Positions 10,235 to 17,921 of a DNA stretch of 64,000 bases are shown piece by piece; position 1 is the stretch's first letter; every line of letters begins with the position of its first letter. The position numbers and the translations under genes were made by a program. Source of the DNA: an uncultured Actinomycetes bacterium. GTDB taxonomy: Bacteria > Actinomycetota > Thermoleophilia > Gaiellales > Gaiellaceae. Location of the stretch: the NCBI GenBank assembly GCA_963718385.1, contig CAVQZE010000007.1, forward strand, positions 42,455 to 106,454, given 5' to 3'. The notes under the pieces were generated by a model, which did no database searches, had not been told where the DNA came from, and saw only the letters and a program-made list of their open reading frames with translations.

Positions 10235-10870
10235 ATGCGTAGAGACGATCAGGACATGGAGCTCGCGCTGAATCCACCTGCGCGGCTGCGCCCACTGCCT
10301 GCGGACAGCGACACAGCGGCGGCGCCGGCCGAGACGACGGAGACCGATTCGGATCTCCTCGTCCGTGTCGCGGACCGCGATCGCGAGGCGTTCGAGCAGC
10401 TCTACCACCGGTACGTCCGTCCTGTCTTCGGCCTCGCGCTGCGACGCCTGCGCGACCGCCAGCGCGCGGAGGACGCGGTGCAGGAGACGTTCGCCTCGGT
10501 GTGGCGGTCGGCCGCGAGCTACCGGCCGGAGCGTGGGCCGGCGGCGCCGTGGCTCTACGCCGTCGCGCGGAACGCGATCGTCGACCGGATGCGGGCGCGC
10601 ACCGACACGCCGGGCGAGCTGCCGGACTCCGCGTCGACCGAGCCCGGGCCGGCGGAGCGCGCCGAGTCGTCGTACGTCTCGTGGCGCGTGCAGCGCGCGA
10701 TGGAGGAGCTGCCGACGCGCGAGCGGGAAGTCCTGGAGCTCGCGTACTGGAGCGAGATGTCGCAGAGCGAGGTCGCGAGCATCCTCGGGATCCCGCTCGG
10801 CACGGTCAAGACGCGGACCCGCAGCGCGCTCGGTCGCCTCGCCGATCTGCTGGAGGGGGAGTTCGAGTGA
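10235..10870 (+). CDS. ECF (sigma-70 family) RNA polymerase sigma factor
   Basis: C-terminal 211 aa of track ORF 8492..10870. Region 2 (FEQLYHRYVRPVFGLALRRL...AEDAVQETF) and region 4 HTH (SQSEVASILGIPLGTVKTRTRSAL). The start could be the internal ATG at 10256. Confidence 0.88.
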   Translation: MRRDDQDMELALNPPARLRPLPADSDTAAAPAETTETDSDLLVRVADRDREAFEQLYHRYVRPVFGLALRRLRDRQRAEDAVQETFASVWRSAASYRPERGPAAPWLYAVARNAIVDRMRARTDTPGELPDSASTEPGPAERAESSYVSWRVQRAMEELPTREREVLELAYWSEMSQSEVASILGIPLGTVKTRTRSALGRLADLLEGEFE

Positions 10871-11487
10871 CGCGCGTTCCGGACTTCGACGAGCTGGTCG
10901 GGCGCGATCTTCCCCCTGCGGAGCGCGAGCGGCTGCTCCGCGTGCACGACATGATCGTCGCGGCCGGTCCGCCGCCGGAGCTCGCGCCCGAGTTCGAGGC
11001 AGGGCCGACGCTGGCGATGACGCTCGCGAAGCCGAAGCGCGAGCATCGGCGCCACCGTATGTCGCTGCTCCTCGCCGCGTCGATCGCGATCCTGGTCGTG
11101 TTCCTCGGCGGCTATGTCGTCGGCAACAGCCGGACCGGCGGCGACGCGCCTGCGAAGACGATGACGCTCACGGGGACGAAGGCCGCTCCCGACGCGCTCG
11201 CGTCACTTCGGATCGACCACGCCGACCCCGCGGGCAACTGGCCGATGCAGCTCACGGTCACCGGCCTGCCGAAGCTCCCGCAGCATGCGTACTACGTCGT
11301 GTTCCTCGTCCGCGACGGCAAGCCGTGGGCTCCGTGCGGCGCGTTCAACGTCGCCGGCACGAAGCGCGGCACGACCGTCAACATCACCGCGCCGTACGAG
11401 CTGCAGAAGGGCGACACCTGGGCCGTCATGGAGCAGATGCCGCACGCGAGCTCGCCCGGGCCGGCGGTGCTGACGCCGACGACCTAG
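10867..11487 (+). CDS. anti-sigma factor (single TM, RskA-like extracytoplasmic domain)
   Basis: GTG overlaps the sigma-factor stop (GTGA). One TM span (MSLLLAASIAILVVFLGGYVVG). Typical position directly downstream of an ECF sigma gene. Confidence 0.75.
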   Translation: MTRVPDFDELVGRDLPPAERERLLRVHDMIVAAGPPPELAPEFEAGPTLAMTLAKPKREHRRHRMSLLLAASIAILVVFLGGYVVGNSRTGGDAPAKTMTLTGTKAAPDALASLRIDHADPAGNWPMQLTVTGLPKLPQHAYYVVFLVRDGKPWAPCGAFNVAGTKRGTTVNITAPYELQKGDTWAVMEQMPHASSPGPAVLTPTT

Positions 11488-13106
11488 GTCGCGCGAGATT
11501 CGTTCCGCATCTCGCTGAGCAGCCGCTCGAGCCGCTCCTCCGTCGAGTCGTCGACGAAGCTCATGGTCGCGGCGACGTTCGGGTGCACCTCCGCGATCTG
11601 GCGGCGCATCTCGTGCGCGACGGCGCGGTACGACGGATGGCCCTCGCGGCCGGAGCGAAGCTCGATCAGGTGCAGCGCCTCGCGCGCGTCGAGCTCGAGG
11701 ACGTAGCGGATGCGGTACGCGAGGCAGAGCGCGTACGGCGCCTCCTCGGCGAGCCCCTCGCCGCGTAGCCGTTCGTACTCGACGCGTGACGTCTCGAGCG
11801 CGCGCGCGTAGTCGGAGCCGAATCCCGCCGCCTCGACCTCGTGCGGAACGTCGGCGCCGAGCCCGGGCGAGAGCCGCTGCCACTGGCAGGTCAGGAGCCG
11901 GTGCCGCTGGAGATCGCGGAACGCGCCGTAGTCGGAGACGATCTCGAACCGGTAGCTGAGCGTCTCGAAGCCGCGGCCGGGGCGGTGGCGTCGGTTCTCG
12001 CGCTCGCCGACGAGCTCACGGAGCAGCGCGGCGCGCTCGTCCGCCGACAGCGCCTCGACCGCGCGCAATGCCGCGTCCTCGCTCGCCTCGGATGCTTCAT
12101 AGAGGAGCGCTGCGAGCAGTTCCTGCTCCGTGCCGTGCGCGCGGAGCAGGCGAACCGACGGCGCCGACTCCGTCTCTTCGCCGAGCCCGAGCCGCGCCGC
12201 CGCGGCGGCGGCGGTCTCGCCGCGCGTGCGCAGGAACTCGACCCAACGCCCGCCGCGATCCTCGCGCGGTACGCGCGCGACGAAGCTCGGAATGATGTGC
12301 TGCAGCTCCTCTAGCATCATCGCGCCGTACGCGCGCGCCTCCGCGAGCGGGTGCGCGAGCAGATGCAGCACGAGCTGCTCGTACGTCTGGCCGCTGCCGT
12401 AGATGCCGACATGCGAGAGCGACGCCGCGGGAAGGAGACCGCGCACGAGGTCGAGCGCCTTCGCGCGAACTGCGCGCCTGTGCGCGGCCGGGGACTCGCC
12501 GTCCGCCGCCGGGAACCGCTCCGCCGTCCATTCCGTCACGCCGTCGAGCAGCCGCGCGTACGTCTCGAACAGCTCGTCCATCGCGCGCTCGTACTGCGGC
12601 CCGAAGCGCGCGTCGCGGTGGTAGCGGTAGCCGAACCCGCCGATCACGTCGTCGTACGCGATGTAGCGCGTCGACTGCTCGAGATACGCGGCGAGCCGCG
12701 GCCGCTGCAGGATCTTCGTCAGGAGGTTCGACGTCCACTCGCACGCGAGGTGCGCGCCGCCGAGCTGCGCGACGGAGTCGTCGCCGAAGCCGATGAAGAT
12801 GCGCTCGTAGAGCTGCGACGCGCGCTCGCCCTCCGCGCCTTCGATCGCGGGCACCACCGGCACCGAGTCGGCGAACTCGTCGAGGAACATGCGACGCAGG
12901 GTCCCCGCATAGCGCGAATACCGCGCGAACATCGCGCCCTTCACCGTCTCGGGCAGGTTCACGAGCCCGAAGACGGGCCGGTCGAGGTTCGTGAAGTGCG
13001 GCGCGAGCCGCTCCCGCTCCTCGTCCGTGAACTGCTCTACGGGAACTGTCACTGTTTCCATCGTGGCCAAAGGACCGCCCAGAGTAAACCGCGTCTCGGT
13101 CGGCAC
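11484..13106 (-). CDS. thyX: flavin-dependent thymidylate synthase ThyX-like, tandem two-domain form (540 aa)
   Basis: N-half has the ThyX signature in the form QRPRLAAYLEQSTRY. C-half has LQRHRLLTCQWQRLS and LIELRSGREGHPSYR. An alternative start is ATG 13061. Confidence 0.7.
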   Translation of the reverse strand: MPTETRFTLGGPLATMETVTVPVEQFTDEERERLAPHFTNLDRPVFGLVNLPETVKGAMFARYSRYAGTLRRMFLDEFADSVPVVPAIEGAEGERASQLYERIFIGFGDDSVAQLGGAHLACEWTSNLLTKILQRPRLAAYLEQSTRYIAYDDVIGGFGYRYHRDARFGPQYERAMDELFETYARLLDGVTEWTAERFPAADGESPAAHRRAVRAKALDLVRGLLPAASLSHVGIYGSGQTYEQLVLHLLAHPLAEARAYGAMMLEELQHIIPSFVARVPREDRGGRWVEFLRTRGETAAAAAARLGLGEETESAPSVRLLRAHGTEQELLAALLYEASEASEDAALRAVEALSADERAALLRELVGERENRRHRPGRGFETLSYRFEIVSDYGAFRDLQRHRLLTCQWQRLSPGLGADVPHEVEAAGFGSDYARALETSRVEYERLRGEGLAEEAPYALCLAYRIRYVLELDAREALHLIELRSGREGHPSYRAVAHEMRRQIAEVHPNVAATMSFVDDSTEERLERLLSEMRNESRAT

Positions 13107-13716
13107 CTCCGGGTGGTCGTACCCGACCTGGCGGCCCGGCTTCTACCCGGCCGGCCTCGATCCGAAGGAGTTCCTGGGCTTCTATGCGCAGCGGTTCGAC
13201 ACGGTCGAGCTGAACACGACCGGGTACCGGCTCCCCGCGGAGGAGCAGTTCCGCCGCTGGGCGGAGCAGGCGCCGGACGGGTTCGAGTTCGCGCCGAAGC
13301 TGCCGGGCCACCGGCTGCGCGCGCTCGACGAGTTCGCGTCACGGGTGCGCGTGCTCGGCGACCGGCTCGGGCCGGTTCGCGTGTCGATGAAGAACGCGCG
13401 CGACGACGGCGTGCTCGAGCTGATGCTCGGCTCGCTCGATCCGTCGCTGCGCATCGCGTTCGATCTCGAGCATCCGTCGTGGGACGGCGTCGAGCCGCGG
13501 CTGGCCGAGGCGGGCGCCGTGCGCGTCAACGACCTCGAAGGCGACGCGCCGTTCCGTTTCCTGCGGCTGCGCGAGCCGCCGTACGACGACGCAGCGCTCG
13601 ACGCGCTCGCGGAGCGGATCCGTCCGCTCGTGGAACCGGTGTACGTCTACTTCCGCCACGAGGACGAGCCGACGGCGCCGGCGTACGCGCAGCAGCTGCT
13701 GGAGTTACTGGGCTGA
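13063..13716 (+). CDS. DUF72 (UPF0759) family protein
   Basis: GTSGWSYPTW N-terminal motif and a YVYFRHED-type C-terminal motif. GTG at 13063 is the nearest in-frame start. Divergent from thyX, with the start codons abutting. Confidence 0.8.
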   Translation: MAKGPPRVNRVSVGTSGWSYPTWRPGFYPAGLDPKEFLGFYAQRFDTVELNTTGYRLPAEEQFRRWAEQAPDGFEFAPKLPGHRLRALDEFASRVRVLGDRLGPVRVSMKNARDDGVLELMLGSLDPSLRIAFDLEHPSWDGVEPRLAEAGAVRVNDLEGDAPFRFLRLREPPYDDAALDALAERIRPLVEPVYVYFRHEDEPTAPAYAQQLLELLG

Positions 13717-13717
13717 G

Positions 13718-14698
13718 CTACTGGCCGGCGCGGCAGCTGCGGTCGCCGAAGCCGGCGAGGACCGCGGACTGCTGCTGCTCGAGCTGAACGTCCGCCGAGT
13801 TGCGCGGGTCGAACTTGTGCAGCGCCGGCACGACGACGGCGACATCCGGCGTCACGCCCGGGCCTTCGGCGAACAAGCGGTACTTCTCGCCGACGCCGGG
13901 ACCGCGCACCGCCGTCTGTCCCGGCGGATGCGCGTACCCGCCCTTGTTCGGGTCGAACGGGTAGAAGCCGTAACAGAACGCGCCCGTCGGGTTGTGTGTG
14001 ACGAAGGAGTTCTCGCGGCGCCAGCCCGGCCCGTACACCGAGTTGAACGTGTCGAGATAGACCAGGGTGCCGAAGCCGTCGGTCGGCGCGCCGTACCGCG
14101 TCGTGCCGAAGCCGTAGACCGGCGTGCCGTTGTACGTGTAGCGGCCGAAGAGATCCTGGAAGCGCCCGTTGTAGACCCAGTCCATGCCGGTCTCGAGCTT
14201 CGCGACCTCGCCGGTCCAGTGAGAGACCTCGAGCCAGTACGCGCTGCGCGCGGCGTTCCACGGCGAGTAGCCGAGGTCCGGCAGCGGCTGCGGCCAGCTC
14301 TGCGCCGCCCAGTACGAGCCGTCCGGCGCGGTGCACGCAGCGACGACGTCGGGAAGCACAGGGCCGGTGTACGGGCCGCACGATCCGCGGAACGTCTTCC
14401 AGTACGTCGTGTGGTACTTGCCCCAGCCGCCCGCGTAGTCGAGGCTGAACTTCACCTGGTGCCCGCCGGCGGTCGGGGGCAGCGCGTTGACCGCGCCCCA
14501 GACGAGGATGTGCTTCGTCCTGCCGGCCTTGTTGTAGGTCAGGAGCGCCTCGCCCTTGGCGTTGATCGAGATCCGGACGGCGGATGCGTTCCGGTCGATC
14601 AACTGCGACGCGGAGGCAGTGCCCGCCGCAACGAGGCAGGCGAGGATGACGGAGGCGATGACGGCGACCCGACCCACGTGGACATAAAGTCGCCGCAA
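13718..14698 (-). CDS. secreted hypothetical protein (signal peptide, aromatic/Gly/Cys-rich)
   Basis: 326-aa ORF with the N-terminal signal-like segment VAVIASVILACLVAAGTASA. Composition is unlike shadow ORFs (many Y/W/N/K). TTG start at 14698 or GTG at 14677. No family recognised. Confidence 0.6.
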   Translation of the reverse strand: MRRLYVHVGRVAVIASVILACLVAAGTASASQLIDRNASAVRISINAKGEALLTYNKAGRTKHILVWGAVNALPPTAGGHQVKFSLDYAGGWGKYHTTYWKTFRGSCGPYTGPVLPDVVAACTAPDGSYWAAQSWPQPLPDLGYSPWNAARSAYWLEVSHWTGEVAKLETGMDWVYNGRFQDLFGRYTYNGTPVYGFGTTRYGAPTDGFGTLVYLDTFNSVYGPGWRRENSFVTHNPTGAFCYGFYPFDPNKGGYAHPPGQTAVRGPGVGEKYRLFAEGPGVTPDVAVVVPALHKFDPRNSADVQLEQQQSAVLAGFGDRSCRAGQ

Positions 14699-14732
14699 AC
14701 GGCAATTTCCTGCACCCCCGTCTCAGGGAATC

Positions 14733-15887
14733 TCAAAAACGAGCAGCAGCGCCGGCGTGCCGCTCGTAGGCGCCGGTGGCGATGATGTCCGCGAGCTCGT
14801 CGACCGTGTGGCGGAGCTCGTCCTCGCTGTTGAAGAAGTGCGGGCCGAGGCGGACACCCGCATCGGGGCGGAAGTCGCAGATGATTCCGCGCTCGCCGAG
14901 CTCACGATGGACGGCGGCGTGGTCCGGCGTGTCGACGAGGACGGTGCCGCCGCGGCGCGCCGGGTCGCGCGGGCTCGCGACGCCGAGGCCGCGCTCGTCG
15001 AGCAGGTCGATCAGCAGCTGCGTCAGCACGAGCGACCGATCGCGGATCCGCGGCACGCCGATCTCCTCGATCACGTCGTAGCCGGCCGTCGCCGCGTACA
15101 GCGCCGGGACGTTCGGCGTGCCGGTGAGGAAGCGGCGCGCGCCGGCGGCGTACTCGAGCTCGGGCTCGAACGCGAACGGGCGCGCGTGTCCCTGCCAGCC
15201 GACGAACGTCGGCTCGAGCCGCTCGGCGAGATCCGGACGCACGTAGAGCCAGCCCGCGCCCGGTCCGCCGCAGAGCCACTTCACCGAGCCGCCGCATGCG
15301 AAGTCGACGTCGAGCTCCGTCAGGTCGAACGGGACGACGCCGGCCGACTGGTAACAGTCGAGCACGACGTATGCGCCGGCCTCGTGTGCGCGCGCGACGA
15401 TCGGTGCGATGTCCTGGATCTCCGCGTTCTTGAAGAGAACGTGGCTGATCGGGACGAGCAGTGTGCGCTCGTCGATCGCGTCGACGATCGCGCGGTCGTC
15501 CTCGACGGCGACGACCTCGAGCTCCGGCTGCGCCTGGTAGAGGTAGCGCACCGACGGGAAGTTCGCCTCCTCGTAGACGACGCGGTTGCGCGCGCCCGGA
15601 TTGCGGAAGCACGAGAACACCGACATCTCCGCGACGGTCACGTTCTGATGCATGACGATCGAGCCGGTCGGCGCGCCCATGATCCGCCCGAGCTGGTCGC
15701 CGACCGTCACGGACATGTCCCACCAGCCCTCGCCCCAGGAGCGGATCCCGCGCTCGCGCCACATGCGCGCGTACTCGAGCAGCCGGTCCTCCGCCGCCGC
15801 GGGCATCGCCGCGAGCGAGTGGTTGATCAGGTACGTGCAGTCGGAGAGGATCGGAAAGCGGTCGCGATACGCGAGCAGCTCGTCCAC
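14733..15887 (-). CDS. kynureninase-like / class V-fold PLP-dependent enzyme
   Basis: Last 384 aa of the 1062-aa track ORF. Contains the PLP-lysine context GGSVKWLCGGPGAGWLYV and the upstream YLINHSLAAMP motif. GTG 15887 overlaps the citrate synthase TAG by 1 nt. Confidence 0.75.
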   Translation of the reverse strand: MDELLAYRDRFPILSDCTYLINHSLAAMPAAAEDRLLEYARMWRERGIRSWGEGWWDMSVTVGDQLGRIMGAPTGSIVMHQNVTVAEMSVFSCFRNPGARNRVVYEEANFPSVRYLYQAQPELEVVAVEDDRAIVDAIDERTLLVPISHVLFKNAEIQDIAPIVARAHEAGAYVVLDCYQSAGVVPFDLTELDVDFACGGSVKWLCGGPGAGWLYVRPDLAERLEPTFVGWQGHARPFAFEPELEYAAGARRFLTGTPNVPALYAATAGYDVIEEIGVPRIRDRSLVLTQLLIDLLDERGLGVASPRDPARRGGTVLVDTPDHAAVHRELGERGIICDFRPDAGVRLGPHFFNSEDELRHTVDELADIIATGAYERHAGAAARF

Positions 15888-16963
15888 TAGATCGACTGCA
15901 GCGAGCGCGCGGGCGGGCCGACGTACTTCGCCGCCGGCCGCACGAGGACGCCGAGCCGCTTCTGCTCGAGGATGTGCGCGGACCAGCCGGCGGTGCGCGA
16001 GCACGCGAACATCGCCGGCGCGAGCGGCGGCGGGATCTCCGCGACGTCGAGCACGATCGCCGACCAGAACTCGACGTTCGTGTACGAGTGATCCGGGTTC
16101 TTCTTCGCGATCGCCTCGTGCGCTGCCTGCTCCAACGCTTCCGCAACCTCGACGCGCGGCGAGCCGAGCTCCTTCGCGGTGCGCTTGAGGAGGCGCGAGC
16201 GCGGATCCTCGGCGCGGTAGACGCGGTGGCCGAAGCCCATGATCCGCTCCTTGCGCGCGAGCGCGTCGGCGACCCACTTCTCCGCGTCGCCGGACTCCGC
16301 GACCGCGTCGAGCATCGGCAGCACGCGCGCGGGCGCGCCGCCGTGCAGCGGGCCGGAGAGCGCGCCGACCGCCGACGCGAGCGAGGCGCCGCAGTCGGCG
16401 CCGGTCGACGCGACGATCCGCGCGGTGAACGTCGACGCGTTCAGCCCGTGCTCCGCGGTGCAGATCCAGTACGTGTCGATCGCCTTCGCGTGCGCCTCGT
16501 TCACCTCGCCGCGCCACGCGAGCAGGAAGCGCTCGGCGGCGGTCTGCCCCTCCATCACGGTCGCCTCGGGCACGGGCGGCTTGTCCGCGCCGCGCGCCGA
16601 CTGCGCGACGATCGAGAGCGCCGCGGCGGAGAGCCGGCGGAGATCCTCCTTCGCCTGCTCGTCGTCGATGTCGATCAGCTGGCCGAGCTGCCAGCGCCCG
16701 GCGAGAGTCGCGAGCATCGCCTGGAGGTCGGCCATGTGGCTGCCGGTGCGCACGTCGAGCTCGCAGTACGCGGCGGGCAGCCCCGGCTCGAGCGCCTCGT
16801 CGACGAGCAGCCCCCAGACGTGTTCGAACGGGACGTTGCCGACGAGCTCCTCGATGTCGACGCCGCGGTAGCGGAGCTGGCCGCCGTCGCGATCCGGCTC
16901 CGCGATCTCGGTCTCGAACGCGACGACGCCTGCAAGGCCCGGGCTGAATTCCTGCGTGCTCAT
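15887..16963 (-). CDS. citrate synthase (short CitA/2-methylcitrate synthase type, 358 aa)
   Basis: From MSTQEFSPGLAGVV in ORF 15887..17587. Catalytic-region motifs GPLHGGA and MGFGHRVY. ATG overlaps the OCD stop (ATGA), with a GGAG RBS. Confidence 0.9.
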   Translation of the reverse strand: MSTQEFSPGLAGVVAFETEIAEPDRDGGQLRYRGVDIEELVGNVPFEHVWGLLVDEALEPGLPAAYCELDVRTGSHMADLQAMLATLAGRWQLGQLIDIDDEQAKEDLRRLSAAALSIVAQSARGADKPPVPEATVMEGQTAAERFLLAWRGEVNEAHAKAIDTYWICTAEHGLNASTFTARIVASTGADCGASLASAVGALSGPLHGGAPARVLPMLDAVAESGDAEKWVADALARKERIMGFGHRVYRAEDPRSRLLKRTAKELGSPRVEVAEALEQAAHEAIAKKNPDHSYTNVEFWSAIVLDVAEIPPPLAPAMFACSRTAGWSAHILEQKRLGVLVRPAAKYVGPPARSLQSI

Positions 16964-17921
16964 CGATGGATCTCCTCCAGCTCGATCCCCCTGCCGACTC
17001 CGCGCTCGTGCGCCGCGGCGAGGACGAGGGCCGCTGCGGCGAGGTCCTGGACGGCGACGCCGACGGACTTGTACAGCGTAATTTCCGCGGCCGTGGCTCG
17101 GCCGGGGCGACGTGCCGGAGACGAGCTCGCCGAGCTCCGCGTGGATCTCGTCCGGGCCGAGCCCCTGCGAGCTCGCCCGCGCCGGCGGGCGGCGGCTCGA
17201 GCGCGGCTCGCGTCTCGACGACGATCGTGGCCTCGCGCACGATCGCCGGGTCGACCTCGCCGCCGGACCGCGGCGACCCGACGGAGCTGACGTGCGCGCC
17301 CGGCGACAGCCACTCGAGCCGGACGACCGGCTCGGACGAGTGCGTGGTCGCGGCGACGACGTCGGCGCCGCGCACAGCGTCCTCGAACGACGCGGCGGCG
17401 GTCGCGCCGATCTCCGTCGCGAGCTCCTGCGTCTTCTCGGCGTCGCGGCCGGCAACGCGTACCTCGTCCCAGTCGCGGATGCCCGCGAACGCGCGCGCAT
17501 GCGAGCGCGCCTGCACGCCGGTGCCGATGATCGCGAGCACCTTCGCGTCGTCGCGCGCGAGCAAACTCGCGGCGAGCGCCGCCGCAACCGCGGTCCGCGT
17601 CTCCGTCACATAGGTCCCGTCCATCAACGCGACCGGCGTTCCGTTCGCGGGATCGAAGAGCATGATCGCCGCCTGGTGCGACGTGCGATCCGTGTTCCCC
17701 GGGAAGACCGTGACGAGCTTGCAGCCGAGCCCCGCCGACGGAAGGTACGCGGGCATCGCGCCGAGCAGGCCCGAGTCGGACCACGCAGCGATCCGCGGCG
17801 GCATCGACGCCTTGCCGGCGGAGAGCTCGGCGTGCGCGCGCCCGAGCGCGTCGAAGAGCGCGTCGACGTCGAGCAGCTCCTCCACCTCGGATCGCGTGAG
17901 GACGAGCATCGCCGCGGACAC
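16960..17921 (-). pseudogene. ornithine cyclodeaminase / mu-crystallin family protein, two +1 breaks
   Basis: N-terminal about 250 aa in ORF 14733..17921 (IIGTGVQARSH Rossmann motif). Then GLGPDEIHAELGELVSGT in the frame of ORF 15887..17587. Then PGRATAAEITLYKSVGVAVQDLAAA...EEIHR in ORF 16960..18111. The breaks coincide with the runs GGGG (17104-17107) and CCCC (17162-17165). Confidence 0.85.

Noticed and set aside
14733-17921. A 1062-aa ORF in the track that looks like a giant multidomain enzyme
   Set aside because: It is a read-through concatenation of three genes. The ORF reads the OCD N-terminus in frame, then an Arg/Ala-rich stretch that is the out-of-frame shadow of the citrate synthase gene, then the kynureninase-like gene. 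Separate starts with ATGA/TAGTG overlaps and an RBS are visible.
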